Counted from the stretch's first letter, positions 1 through 11,030 are shown. The stretch: DNA of 64,000 bases from an uncultured Methanomassiliicoccales archaeon (GCA_963755265.1 CAVWKV010000131.1:14986-78985), one strand, 5' to 3'. Notes: a model not told the origin generated them from the letters alone. Numbers and translations: made by a program.

Positions 1-220
1 ATCAACCTTGGACCCGTTATTTTCATCAATGATACAGACCGCCGTGCTTGACGGAAATGAATCAATACATTTTCCAAGCCGGGTCGACGCCGATGAATCT
101 CACGTCTACCGTATCGTTGAATGAATATTTTGAGAATGTCCCATGTTAGATATTTCCAGTACATACATTCCTTACAAATCCGTTAAATACTTAGCACCGG
201 AATATAAGTTTCCCGAGGAC

Positions 221-1189
221 ATGGATAGCTTATCCAGGGATGACCGGGAAAAGCACCTGATAACTCGTGGGAACGTCGACGGGATAGTAAGTGCCTCTAT
301 CTTTCTGAACCGTTATCCGAATTCCCGTGTATCATTCATTACGTCTCCGACCGCAGGTGCTAGGGCTTTGTCGAAGGACTTCAATTCGAACGAGATATAC
401 CTGGCAGACGTTGCGCTCGTTCCGGACGTGGCCGAGGCCATGGCAACGCGAAGGGACAGACAGAAAGTCTTCCTGATTGACCATCATCCGACGTTGAACG
501 ATGCCTGCCCATACGGTGTGAAGGTCATCAACGAGGGAATGAGCGCGGCCGGCGTCCTTTACCATTTCCTTAACCCATCGAACCGCATGAAGAAGTTGGT
601 CGCCATCGCTGACCTGGTGGAGTATTTCGATACCCCGATTCTGGCGGAGATGATGGACGATAACGGGCAACAGAAGGTTTGCGACGAATCGCGCATCCTG
701 GACTTCTCATGGAGGCTGAATATAGAGGACGATTATTTCCGCATGCAGGCGGCATTGCACCTGTCCCAGGGCCTATGGCCCTCTCAGGTCGGACCAATCA
801 AGCGTCGTTTCGTCCAGGTCGTGAACGAACAACGCTGGCCGAAAGCCCTGGCCCGAGCCCAGGCCGGCATGAGCGTGCGTGGTAACGTCGGTATCTTCGA
901 TGGAACGGAGAAGAACCGTTCGCTCTATGGCTTCGGCACCAGGGCGATCGTCGAAGTGGCGATTCGCCGCGGCTGCCGCTACGCCATGATGATCAACGAA
1001 CGAAAGATACACTCCTCGATATCGATGCGGGGAATGTGCGCTAACGGCACCGACCTTGGGCGTTTCGTAGAAGATTTCACGGCTATACACGGACTCGAGG
1101 GAGGAGGCCATCCATCAAGCGCCGGGGCGAGGATACCGGTGGAAAGTACGGACCGGTTCGTGGACGAGTTCGTCATTGAGGCCCGTTAA
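221..1189 (+). CDS. DHH/DHHA1 family phosphoesterase (RecJ/NrnA-like)
   Basis: Motifs RGNVDG, LIDHH and C-terminal GGGHPSSAGA. Start moved to ATG 221, which follows TTAAATA and GAGGAC. Confidence 0.8.
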   Translation: MDSLSRDDREKHLITRGNVDGIVSASIFLNRYPNSRVSFITSPTAGARALSKDFNSNEIYLADVALVPDVAEAMATRRDRQKVFLIDHHPTLNDACPYGVKVINEGMSAAGVLYHFLNPSNRMKKLVAIADLVEYFDTPILAEMMDDNGQQKVCDESRILDFSWRLNIEDDYFRMQAALHLSQGLWPSQVGPIKRRFVQVVNEQRWPKALARAQAGMSVRGNVGIFDGTEKNRSLYGFGTRAIVEVAIRRGCRYAMMINERKIHSSISMRGMCANGTDLGRFVEDFTAIHGLEGGGHPSSAGARIPVESTDRFVDEFVIEAR

Positions 1190-3447
1190 TCATCTTCCAC
1201 GGCCTTCTCCTCTTCCACCTGTTTCTTGACCACGTGCTTGTAGACCAGGACTGGGCACTTGGCATTGGTGATGATTTTGTCCTGCAGAGGGCCGAAATCA
1301 AACGCCTCCCAACGCTTGGCGGCGCTCGAACCCATGACCAAAAGGTCATAATCCATCGATTCCCCGATGACCCCTCCAACGATCGTCTCCGGGCGTATCT
1401 CCTTGGTCAGGACCGGAACATGCTCCGCCTCAAGGATGCTGGTCAGCCTCTTAGAGTACTCCCTCGCCCTCTCCAAGTATTTCTCGTCTACGATAACGTT
1501 GAGGATGGTGACCCGGGCACCTTGCTTCCTCGCCACCATGGCCGCTACCTCAGTGGCGGCGCTGACATGCCACAGTCCACCCGACAGGATCAGGATGCGG
1601 GTTGGCTTTAGCTTCTCATCCGACTTGATGAACAGGACATCGCACGGTGTAAGCCGGAGTATGAGGTCCATCTTGCGGCCGAGGATGCGCTTCTGGGTAT
1701 TCGTGTATCCTTTCCAGCCGATGATGATCATGTTGGCTGCCTCCTCTTTGGCGGTGTCGATGACGGCGGTCACAACATCGTGAGAGACGGTGACGAGCGC
1801 GTGGGTCACGATCCCGCTCATCTCCGCGTGCTGCTTGAGTTTCTCCAGCATCTTCTTGCGGTCATCGATCAGCTTACGGTCCACGTCGCTGATGGGGACG
1901 CTGCTGGGGACCTCGACAACGCTGATGAGCAGTAGTTCCCCGTTGTGCTCCGATGCGACCATACAGCCCAGGTCGATCGCCGCAATGTTCCTCGGGTCAT
2001 CGATCGGGATGAGGACCCGATACCTCTCCAATTCCTCTTCGGTCCTGGGAATACGGATCGGGATCGGTGCGCGTTCGATCTCCTTCTTGCCCTTGGCAAA
2101 GTAATGCAGCAATAGCCCAACGTTGATGACGGCGAAGGCCATGTACCAAGCGAACGGCTCATAATAGAACAGCGTGACCGCCAGGAACAATTTGGTGCCG
2201 ATCCCGATCAACGGTATGATTGGAAACCAAGGCGTGATGAAGTGCCTTTTGACGTCTGGTCGGTTCCGCCTCAGAGTGATGGCAGAGACGTTGACCAGAG
2301 TGAACAGTAGAAGTATGAGTATGTCTGCGACCGATGCGACTTGGGTCAACGGAAGCAAAACCACCATACCGATAATGATGGCCCCGCTCAGCAGCAGCGC
2401 CGCTACTGGGGTTTGGTTCTTGGGGTGCAATTTGCCGAACGTGGCAGGCAGGTTCCCATCCCGTCCCATGGCGAACGACACCCGGGACGCAGAGAACACG
2501 ATGGAGTTGACTGCGGCTACCGACCCTACGATGATGCCGAAAGCGATCAACACGGCCCCGATGTAAGGCACCGTTATGTTGGCCGTATAGGATATCGCCT
2601 GCGATCCATCACCGCCGGCTGCGGCCAGCGGTTGCCAGCCGGAAACTCCGATGGCGACGACAGCGGTGGCGATGAACAGTAAGGCGCTGATAGCGATGCA
2701 CAGGAACATGGCTCGAGGCACGGTCTTCTCTGGGTTCTTAGCCTCCTCGCCGGTCTGCGCCACGACCTCATAACCTTCAAACACCATGAACGTGAAACCC
2801 ATGGAGATGAATATCGAAAGAGTGCCCTTGGGGATCAATGGCGCGAAATTGGAACTGGTCTCAGGATGCGTGAACATGAAGAAGGCCGAGAACACCAGGA
2901 ATATCATGATCACGCCGATCAAGATGAATGACACCAGTATCTCGATCCTACCGGCACCTTTGATGCCGCGGTAGTTGAGGTAGATGAAAACAAGGGCGAT
3001 GAACACCGCGGCCAGCTTTGAAACGGTTACCGGGTCCAGGCCGAAAAAGGTCAAGCCATAGAGGCTCATGAAGATATTTACACCGACGCCGAAGCCGAGC
3101 GAATACACCGAACATGCGATGCAGTGCCCAACCCAGGACATCCAACCGCCAAGGAACCCGAAAGGCGGGAACAGGCCTTCCTTGATCCAAAGGTAGCCTC
3201 CGCCGGTCTCTGGGAACGCCGAGGAGAGTTCGGCGTATGCCATGGCGGTGAAGAGCGTGACAAAGAAGTTCAGGACGAACGCGAGGATGATTGCCGGTCC
3301 GGCAATGCCGGCTGCGGCTCCTATAAGAATGAAAATCGTTGAACCGATGTTAGGGCCGATGCCGATCATCAGGACTTCTAGTAGGCCAAGGTCCCTCCGA
3401 AGGGTCACCTCCACCTCGCCAGACCTCTCCTCGACCGGTTCAGTCAT
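1186..3447 (-). CDS. APC-family amino acid permease fused to two universal-stress (USP) domains
   Basis: ~12 hydrophobic segments; YAELSSAFPETGGGY and FEGYEVVAQTGEEAKNP motifs; C-terminal USP-type motifs (IIIGWKG, LLVMGSS, CPVLV). Confidence 0.9.
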   Translation of the reverse strand: MTEPVEERSGEVEVTLRRDLGLLEVLMIGIGPNIGSTIFILIGAAAGIAGPAIILAFVLNFFVTLFTAMAYAELSSAFPETGGGYLWIKEGLFPPFGFLGGWMSWVGHCIACSVYSLGFGVGVNIFMSLYGLTFFGLDPVTVSKLAAVFIALVFIYLNYRGIKGAGRIEILVSFILIGVIMIFLVFSAFFMFTHPETSSNFAPLIPKGTLSIFISMGFTFMVFEGYEVVAQTGEEAKNPEKTVPRAMFLCIAISALLFIATAVVAIGVSGWQPLAAAGGDGSQAISYTANITVPYIGAVLIAFGIIVGSVAAVNSIVFSASRVSFAMGRDGNLPATFGKLHPKNQTPVAALLLSGAIIIGMVVLLPLTQVASVADILILLLFTLVNVSAITLRRNRPDVKRHFITPWFPIIPLIGIGTKLFLAVTLFYYEPFAWYMAFAVINVGLLLHYFAKGKKEIERAPIPIRIPRTEEELERYRVLIPIDDPRNIAAIDLGCMVASEHNGELLLISVVEVPSSVPISDVDRKLIDDRKKMLEKLKQHAEMSGIVTHALVTVSHDVVTAVIDTAKEEAANMIIIGWKGYTNTQKRILGRKMDLILRLTPCDVLFIKSDEKLKPTRILILSGGLWHVSAATEVAAMVARKQGARVTILNVIVDEKYLERAREYSKRLTSILEAEHVPVLTKEIRPETIVGGVIGESMDYDLLVMGSSAAKRWEAFDFGPLQDKIITNAKCPVLVYKHVVKKQVEEEKAVEDD

Positions 3448-3740
3448 TCAGGGTCCTTAATATCTGGGGTTTATTAATCCTTTCTATAATCGCCAGACAG
3501 CCTAACGGGAGCCAGTAAATCGGGGTTCGGCAATCTCCGGCCTCATGTCTTATCCCATAGCCCGGTCGAACCTTCCCAAGCGGACCTCAATCAACAGGAA
3601 CAGGGTCCAAAGCTGCTGTGTGGGCGTCTCCTATGCTGCGCCATGCCGACGAATGAGAACGATTCTTTGACTATCAGTTATAGTGACTTACTGTGACATC
3701 GGACCCATCTTCTTTCGCATTATTGGATCGACTCAGGGTT

Positions 3741-4202
3741 TTATGGTGAGACTTTGTCCACTAAGTTAAGGGACTTCCGCATGAGGAAGTTGTTACCTCT
3801 CCGGCACACCTTCCGATATCCCATGTGCCTGTAGAAATGCAACGCTCCCTCGTTGGTCATCTGGACCACGAGTTCGACGCCTTCATAGCCGGCCTCGACC
3901 GCCTTTGCCTCGATGTGCCTCATCATCTCTGTCCCGAACCCTTTATGTTGAAGGTCTCCCCAGAGCTGTATCGATGTGACGAACAGATAGCGGTCTACCA
4001 CCTCCAGGGATATGTATCCGGCTAAGTCTTCGTCGAGCATCGCCACTTCCGTCTCCACGTCCTTGGACATGAGCCATTCTAGCAGCGGTTCGTCCCGCCA
4101 TTCCATCCCCCATGATGAACGAATGATGCCGGCCATGTTCTCCCGGCTCATCTTGACAAGTGCCGGAATATCACTGCGGTTCATACGCCGGAAATGGATC
4201 AT
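3741..4202 (-). CDS. GNAT family N-acetyltransferase
   Basis: QHKGFGTEMM acetyl-CoA motif and NEGALHFYRHMGY. Start could be 4256. Confidence 0.85.
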   Translation of the reverse strand: MIHFRRMNRSDIPALVKMSRENMAGIIRSSWGMEWRDEPLLEWLMSKDVETEVAMLDEDLAGYISLEVVDRYLFVTSIQLWGDLQHKGFGTEMMRHIEAKAVEAGYEGVELVVQMTNEGALHFYRHMGYRKVCRRGNNFLMRKSLNLVDKVSP

Positions 4203-4334
4203 CGGGCATCGTAGACTGGCCTCAATTGAAATACTCTTCGGCCGCCACACGGTCATGTTCTGCGGAAATGAACGACCCTTCTAGCACAGATATTATATAT
4301 CCGGTGGAATTTGGATACCCATTAGGTGAAAGAC

Positions 4335-4655
4335 ATGGTGGAAGTCACTGAAGAGGCCACTAAATACATCAAGGAACTGATCGCGAAGAACAGCAAACAG
4401 GGATTCGGGATCAGAATATACCTTTCAGGTATGGGCTGCTCCGGCCCACAGTTCGGAATGTCCTTCCAGGACAAGGCCAAAGAGGGAGACATGGAACAGA
4501 AGGCGGACGAGTTCTCTCTGTTCTATGACAAGGAGACAAAGGAGGTTCTAGACTCCTGCACAGTGGACTTCATCGAGACCCCGTATGGTTCCGGTCTCAT
4601 CGTCCACAACCCGAACATGTCGGGATGCAGTTCCTGCGGTGGCGGCTGTCACTGA
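4335..4655 (+). CDS. HesB/IscA-family Fe-S cluster assembly accessory protein
   Basis: GMGCSGPQFGM motif, C-terminal CSSCGGGC, AGGTGA RBS before ATG 4335. Confidence 0.85.
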   Translation: MVEVTEEATKYIKELIAKNSKQGFGIRIYLSGMGCSGPQFGMSFQDKAKEGDMEQKADEFSLFYDKETKEVLDSCTVDFIETPYGSGLIVHNPNMSGCSSCGGGCH

Positions 4656-4712
4656 ACCTCAACCATTTTCGGGGCCCTGCCCCAAATCCTATTCTAATAA
4701 GACCCTATACGC

Positions 4713-6320
4713 ATGAACGTGTTCTTGGAGCATCCGCTGATAAAAAAGGACGCGGTCGAGCAGCGTGAATACCAGGTGGACCTGGCACGGCTGGCCCTTC
4801 GCTCCAACACGCTCGTCGTACTACCCACTGGTATGGGCAAGACCGTAATAGCACTCATTGTTTTAACTGATGTCCTCCAGAAGCACAAAGGCAAGGTATT
4901 GTTCCTGGCGCCCACCAAACCGCTGGTCGAGCAACATGCATCCTTCCTCAGGGAGATGGTCGTGGGAAAATCCGTGACCGTCCTGACCGGAGAGGTGGAC
5001 CCGGAAGAGCGTGAGGCATTGTGGATCCAGAACGAGATAATCGTCTCCACACCCCAGGTCGTCGCTAACGACCTGAAGCAAGAGAGGGTCTCCCTCAAGG
5101 ACGTCCAGCTCATTGTTTTCGATGAGGCCCACCGGGCTATCGGCAACTATGCCTATGTGGCCGTCGCGCAGGAGTATAAGGAATACTGCCGTCTGGTGCT
5201 GGGCATGACCGCCTCACCCGGCGGGAGCAAGGCGAAGATCAAGGAAGTATGCGAGAGTCTGGACATTGTCGACATCGAGGTCCGAACTGAATCAGATCCG
5301 GACGTCGCTCCGTATGTCCAGGACGTGCGGATACAGCACATCGAGGTGGACGTACCGGTCGACCTCAGGAAAATCATTGCCATCCTCTCCTCGCTCTACG
5401 AGACATATGTCAAGGAGCTAACAAACCTGGGAGTGCTTGAACGGGGCAGGCCTGTTAACATGCGATACTTGTTAGACGTGCAGAACAACCTGCAGGCCCG
5501 TCTGCGTTCGGGGGAGAAGAGCAGGACAATCTACCGGGCGCTAAGCCTCCAAGCCATGGCGGTCAAGGTTGAGCATGCCCTCGGGCTGGCCGAAACCCAG
5601 GGCACGTCCTCGCTGAACGCTTACCTGGAACGATTAGTGGCAGAGGCAAACTCCGACGAGGGATCGAAGGCGTCCAAGGTGGTCGTATCCTCGGAGCAAT
5701 TCAAGGATGTCTTGGAACTGATGAAGACCATTCGCTCCGAACATCCGAAATTGTCCAAGGTCATGAGCATCGTTTCACAGCAGGTGAACGACAAACCCGA
5801 CTCGAGGGTCTTGGTGTTCACCCATTACCGGGACACCTGCGATCTGATGGCGAACAAATTGGCTACCATCCCAGGCGTCAAGGTGGCTAAACTGGTCGGC
5901 CAGGCGGATCGGGTGGGCGAGCGCGGGTTGAAGCAGAAGGACCAGGTCGGAGTGCTGGACAAGTTCCGTAATGGGGAATTCAATGTGGTCGTGGCGACGT
6001 CGGTCGGCGAGGAAGGATTGGACGTCGCGCAGACCGACCTGGTTGTTTTCTATGAACCAGTGGCGTCCGAGATTCGTTCCATACAACGCCGTGGCCGAAC
6101 CGGGAGGAGACGGGCCGGCCGCGTGGTCATACTGATAACGAAGGATACCAGGGACCAGGCTTACTATTACGCGAGCATCAAGAAGGAATCGGCGATGCGC
6201 AACCGGCTTAAAGCACTCAGCGAAGAACTCAAGGAGGGAGGGTCGACGTGCAAGGAAAGCGGTTCGCCCTCCGAAAAGAAGCCGATGAAACAAGGACAGG
6301 CGTCGCTGTTCGATTTCTAA
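4713..6320 (+). CDS. hef: Hef/FANCM-like SF2 helicase (no ERCC4 nuclease domain)
   Basis: LPTGMGKT, DEAH, MTASPG, TSVGEEGLD, QRRGRTGR; ends in PIP-like QASLFDF. Confidence 0.9.
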   Translation: MNVFLEHPLIKKDAVEQREYQVDLARLALRSNTLVVLPTGMGKTVIALIVLTDVLQKHKGKVLFLAPTKPLVEQHASFLREMVVGKSVTVLTGEVDPEEREALWIQNEIIVSTPQVVANDLKQERVSLKDVQLIVFDEAHRAIGNYAYVAVAQEYKEYCRLVLGMTASPGGSKAKIKEVCESLDIVDIEVRTESDPDVAPYVQDVRIQHIEVDVPVDLRKIIAILSSLYETYVKELTNLGVLERGRPVNMRYLLDVQNNLQARLRSGEKSRTIYRALSLQAMAVKVEHALGLAETQGTSSLNAYLERLVAEANSDEGSKASKVVVSSEQFKDVLELMKTIRSEHPKLSKVMSIVSQQVNDKPDSRVLVFTHYRDTCDLMANKLATIPGVKVAKLVGQADRVGERGLKQKDQVGVLDKFRNGEFNVVVATSVGEEGLDVAQTDLVVFYEPVASEIRSIQRRGRTGRRRAGRVVILITKDTRDQAYYYASIKKESAMRNRLKALSEELKEGGSTCKESGSPSEKKPMKQGQASLFDF

Positions 6321-6401
6321 TGCCTTGGAACCTGTTCCCAGGTTGTTCTGGAGGATCGACCCGATGAGAGGATTATATAGATCGAGTTCGTTGGTCGGGG
6401 C

Positions 6402-8162
6402 ATGCTGTTCCGGGAGCTGGTCGACACATACGAGAAGCTCGACAAGACATCGAGCCGACTCGAGATGACCGACATCCTGGCCCAGTTCTTCATGAAGGCA
6501 GACCGCGGATCGCTTCGTAAGGCCGTCTATCTCACCCAGGGGCAGCTCTATCCGGACTTCAACCCGCAGAAGTTGGGAATGGCGGACAAGCTGTTGTTCA
6601 AGACGCTGGCATTCGCCACTGGCAGGAAGGAGTCCGTTATACAGGACCTCATGCTGAAGGAGGGGGATCCAGGCCAGGTGGCAGTTCAACTGTTCCAGGG
6701 AAGGAAGCAGACCACACTGTTTTCGGAGCCGCTCACTCTGGATCGGGTATACGCCGCATTGGAGAAGATCGCCGTGTCCGAAGGAGGCGGCTCACAGGAA
6801 ACAAAGATGAAGTTGCTGGCGGACATCCTGGGCGACTCTAGCCCGGAAGAGGCCAAGTACATCTCCCGCATCGTTTCCGGGAAGATGCGGTTAGGCGTGG
6901 CGACGATGACGATCATCGATGCATTGGCGATTGCCTATGCCACAAAAGATGAACGGGACGTGGTCGAAAACGGTTTCAACGTCTCCTCGGACCTGGGATT
7001 GGTCGCAGAGATCATCCAGGAGAAGGGAATAGCCGGCGTCAAAGAGATGAAGGTCAAGGTCGGAAACCCTATCCGGGCCATGCTGGCCGAGAGGCTCCCC
7101 TCCCCCAAGGAGATACTGGAGAAGATGAACGGCACGGCGGCGTTCGAATACAAGTACGATGGTGTCAGGGTCCAAGCGCACATAGACAACGGAAAAATAA
7201 CTCTATACTCAAGAAGGCTGGAGGTGCTCACCGACCAGTTCCCCGACGTGGTCAGGGCCCTTAGGGAGTCGTTCAAGGCCAAGAGTGCCATAGTCGAGGG
7301 GGAGTGCGTTCCCGTGGACATAAACACCGGAGAGTTCCTCCCGTTCCAGGAGGTGTCCCACCGGCGCGGCAGGAAACATGGACTGGAAGAGGCTATCGAA
7401 GATTATCCTGTCAGGATGTGCTTGTTCGACTGCCTGTACCTAGAAGGAGAGGACATCACACAGCAGCCGCTCCTGAAAAGGAGGACGGCGCTTCAGTCAG
7501 CGGTCCATCTCTCGGAGTCTGTGAAGTTATCGGAGATGCGCGTACTCTCCGACGAGGTCAGTGTGGAAAAGTTCTTCCAGGAGGCTTTGAAGGACGGTTG
7601 CGAGGGGCTTATGGCCAAATCCATCGCCCCGGATTCTGTATATCGCGCCGGCAGTCGCGGGTTCCTTTGGATAAAATACAAGAAGGAATACCGTTCAGAA
7701 ATGACCGACACCGTGGACCTGGTCGTCGTTGGAGGTTTCGCCGGCAGGGGCAAGCGCAAAGGGTTCTACGGGGCGTTGCTGATGGCCACGTATAACTCTA
7801 AAGAAGATATTTTTGAGACCGTTTCCAAACTGGGAAGCGGTTTTGATGACGCTGCGCTGGCATCCATGTTGACTTTGTTGGAGAAGTACAAGCTCACGGA
7901 CAAACATCACCTGGTCAAGAGCAACATGCAGGCGGACTTCTGGTTCGAACCGGGAATGGTGCTGGAAGTGCTGGGGGCCGAGATCACCTTGTCGCCGATC
8001 CACACCTGCGCGTTCGGGAAGGTCAGGAAGGACGCCGGCCTGGCGATACGCTTCCCGCGCTTCACTGGCAAGGTGAGGGACGACAAGGGACCCAGGGAAG
8101 CGACAACCTCGGAAGAACTGGAGAACATGTACCGTTCCCAGCTGAAGAAGATAGAGGATTGA
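6402..8162 (+). CDS. lig: ATP-dependent DNA ligase
   Basis: EYKYDGVR adenylation motif, EGLMAK, WIKYK, AIRFPRF. Confidence 0.97.
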   Translation: MLFRELVDTYEKLDKTSSRLEMTDILAQFFMKADRGSLRKAVYLTQGQLYPDFNPQKLGMADKLLFKTLAFATGRKESVIQDLMLKEGDPGQVAVQLFQGRKQTTLFSEPLTLDRVYAALEKIAVSEGGGSQETKMKLLADILGDSSPEEAKYISRIVSGKMRLGVATMTIIDALAIAYATKDERDVVENGFNVSSDLGLVAEIIQEKGIAGVKEMKVKVGNPIRAMLAERLPSPKEILEKMNGTAAFEYKYDGVRVQAHIDNGKITLYSRRLEVLTDQFPDVVRALRESFKAKSAIVEGECVPVDINTGEFLPFQEVSHRRGRKHGLEEAIEDYPVRMCLFDCLYLEGEDITQQPLLKRRTALQSAVHLSESVKLSEMRVLSDEVSVEKFFQEALKDGCEGLMAKSIAPDSVYRAGSRGFLWIKYKKEYRSEMTDTVDLVVVGGFAGRGKRKGFYGALLMATYNSKEDIFETVSKLGSGFDDAALASMLTLLEKYKLTDKHHLVKSNMQADFWFEPGMVLEVLGAEITLSPIHTCAFGKVRKDAGLAIRFPRFTGKVRDDKGPREATTSEELENMYRSQLKKIED

Positions 8163-8184
8163 GCTGATACTTTTCCAGGGATCA

Positions 8185-8789
8185 TCAGGGCCCGTCTGGC
8201 GGTCTATTATTTCCGCTTTGGCCCTGGACGCTCTTTGATCCGATCGCCTTTGGAGCGTCAAGCACTTGCCACAGATAAAGGAGCAGGAGCGGAGCCGACA
8301 ACATCATGGCGGTGACCACTTTGACCTCAATTGGGAAATCGTCTGGTGCGAAGATCAGGATGATCGATGCCAGAAGCAGCAAGGCTAAGAAACCCCCAAT
8401 GATCATCAATGCGATGCCTTTGACGACTTTTCTCATGTAGATATGACCAATACCCATGATCCCCAGAAGTCCAAGGGCAGCGGCAAGGATCTTCGCTATC
8501 CGAGGGTCCTTAGTATAGGGATTCCGTGATGGTTGATGGTGGTCAGAGCCGTAGCCTGCGTTGGATTCCTGAGAACTGGTGTATCCATCGTCGTATGGGT
8601 TCCGATAAGGCGGAGCATGATATCTCTGCGACTGCTCGTATCGGTATGATTGGGTTGGTACCGCTTGTCTTTGAAAAAGAAGACGGCCATATACGACATC
8701 ACTACGACAAACATCAGATTACCGAGGGGAATGCTCAGGACAACGATCTTCTTCCGCCAGATATCAGGATCGCTGACCTCCAAAGTCAT
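8185..8789 (-). CDS. Membrane protein with TM2-like C-terminal domain (one apparent frameshift near 8652)
   Basis: The 8185-8457 frame stays open upstream (KDPRIAKILAAALGLLGIMGIGHIY preceded by a Q/Y/P/S-rich linker). It joins ORF 8496-8789 if one base is added to the CCC run. Confidence 0.55.
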
Positions 8790-9069
8790 GATGGGAATGC
8801 CTTTGTATTCGTCCTCTTATTGATTGTGGTGGCCTATTATTATTTTGTCCATGAAATGTGAACCAACATAAGAGTAAGAGACCGAACATAACAGTTTGGA
8901 TCGTTAGTGATTGAGTTCTGACTCTGAAGCATTTATGTTCTACCTTATCCTACATCCAGAGGATAATGATAATTCCATACGGCCATAAATATTCTTATTG
9001 AAATCTGATTTGGTCGCCCCTGCAATCAACTTTACCTTGGACCATGGTCATCCAGGTGTCCGTAAGTTC

Positions 9070-9082
9070 GGAAAATAGTTCC
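9070..9082. promoter_or_regulatory. NrpR-like nitrogen operator candidate
   Basis: GGAA-AATAG-TTCC upstream of amtB-glnK. The consensus is GGAA-N6-TTCC; here the spacer is N5, adjacent to an A run. Confidence 0.4.
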
Positions 9083-9285
9083 CGATTTGTACGTATCTCC
9101 TGATTCCTATTGTACAATTATCTATAATTCCAATAGTCATTGCATAAATGTCTCGCTAGCAAAGCTTTTATTGCAATTTTAGATAACCATGGACAGATTT
9201 GCGAGACAAATAAACTAATCGAAAATAGTGAGTCTCCAATGAATCGTCCGGATACCGGACACGTAAGAATCGCATGGGTGGTCAA

Positions 9286-10617
9286 ATGGGCAATGCCAGA
9301 ATAACAAGAATCGGATTGATGGTAGCGCTTGGAATGATATTGGTCCCTTTGCTTTCCAGGTCGGTCTCGGCGACCGATGGGACAGCGGACATGATCAACA
9401 CGGGGGATACTGCCTGGCTCCTGATTTCCACCGCATTGGTTTTCATGATGACCCCGGCAGTGGCATTCTTCTACGGAGGCATGCTTAGGAAGGAGTCGTT
9501 CCTATCTATGCTGGGTCAGAGCATCATTATAATCGGCATGGTCACTTTGATCTGGGTCCTTTTCGGTTATTCTCTCGCGTTCGGCGGGTACCATAGCGAC
9601 TTGATCGGTAACTTTAACTTTGTTCTGCTGGACAAAGTCGGGGGTCTCCCCGACGTGGATTATGCCCGGACAGTTCCGTCCATCCTTTTCGCCATGTACC
9701 AGCTAATGTTCGCCATCATCACTGTTGCTTTAATCATCGGAGGTATCGCCGAGAGGATGAAACTGAAGGCCGTGGTCATCTTCCTTGGCGTTTGGACCTG
9801 TGTCGTTTACCTGCCTGTGGCCCATTGGATCTCGGGTGGGGGATGGTTGGCTAAGTTAGGGGTGTTGGACTTTGCCGGTGGAGCGGTGGTGCACATCACC
9901 GCTGGAGTCTCCGTCCTCGCCGCAAGCATAGTCCTTGGGAAGAGGCTGTCAGTGATAAACGGCAACGGCGACCACCCACATAATATCCCCATGGTCGTCC
10001 TTGGCGGAGCTTTGCTTTGGATGGGTTGGTTCGGTTTCAACGGTGGCAGCGCTTTAGGCTCCGGAGCATTGGCGTCACAGGCATTCGCAAACACCCAAAT
10101 CGCTGGGGCTATGGCAGCCATCACCTGGGGACTGGTCAGCTGGCTGCACCTCGGTCGTCCGTCGGTCCTTGGCCTCATATCGGGAGGCGTGGCCGGTCTC
10201 GCGGCGGTCACTCCGGCCGCTGGCTATGTCGATACCAGGGGCGCGATAATCATCGGCCTGGCCGCTGGTATTCTCTGCTATTGCGGGATATTGGTGAGAA
10301 AGAGGTACAAGTTCGACGATGCGCTCGATGTGTGGGGTGTGCACGGCATCGCCGGCACCATGGGCATGATCGCGGTAGGATTGTTCGCCACCAATACGAT
10401 CAACACCGCTGTGATCAACAACGGTTTGTTCTACGGGGGCGGGTTCACATTACTGACCGCACAATTGATAGCCGTGGTAGTCGTATGGATATTCGCATTC
10501 AGTATCACATATGTGATGCTCAAATTGCTGAGCCGGTTAATGCCCATCAGGATGACAAAGGAAGAGGAACGTGTTGGCGCAGACATCATCCAGCATGGGG
10601 AGACCGCATACTCGTGA
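9286..10617 (+). CDS. amtB: Ammonium transporter
   Basis: DFAGGAVVHI, GWFGFNGGS, DDALDVWGVHG motifs. Confidence 0.97.
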   Translation: MGNARITRIGLMVALGMILVPLLSRSVSATDGTADMINTGDTAWLLISTALVFMMTPAVAFFYGGMLRKESFLSMLGQSIIIIGMVTLIWVLFGYSLAFGGYHSDLIGNFNFVLLDKVGGLPDVDYARTVPSILFAMYQLMFAIITVALIIGGIAERMKLKAVVIFLGVWTCVVYLPVAHWISGGGWLAKLGVLDFAGGAVVHITAGVSVLAASIVLGKRLSVINGNGDHPHNIPMVVLGGALLWMGWFGFNGGSALGSGALASQAFANTQIAGAMAAITWGLVSWLHLGRPSVLGLISGGVAGLAAVTPAAGYVDTRGAIIIGLAAGILCYCGILVRKRYKFDDALDVWGVHGIAGTMGMIAVGLFATNTINTAVINNGLFYGGGFTLLTAQLIAVVVVWIFAFSITYVMLKLLSRLMPIRMTKEEERVGADIIQHGETAYS

Positions 10618-10622
10618 GGTGA

Positions 10623-10961
<339 letters not shown>

Positions 10962-11004
10962 GCAAGAAGATACTTCTTGACCTCCGTCATATGGATTGTT
11001 CTTA

Positions 11005-11030
11005 AGGGGGCGGGTTTTATCCCGCCCTCT
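11005..11030 (+). terminator. Stem-loop downstream of glnK
   Basis: AGGGGGCGGG-TTTTAT-CCCGCCCTCT inverted repeat. Confidence 0.55.

Noticed and set aside
2-124. 3' end of an upstream gene (open frame ending at 124)
   Set aside because: Only 40 codons with no recognisable motif; cannot be supported.
3450-3740. Possible ncRNA (SRP/RNase P) in the intergenic gap
   Set aside because: No SRP helix-8 or RNase P conserved motifs were recognisable on either strand.
5775-6689. 304-aa minus-strand ORF and similar long antisense ORFs
   Set aside because: Shadow ORFs opposite well-supported GC3-rich genes, with no motifs.
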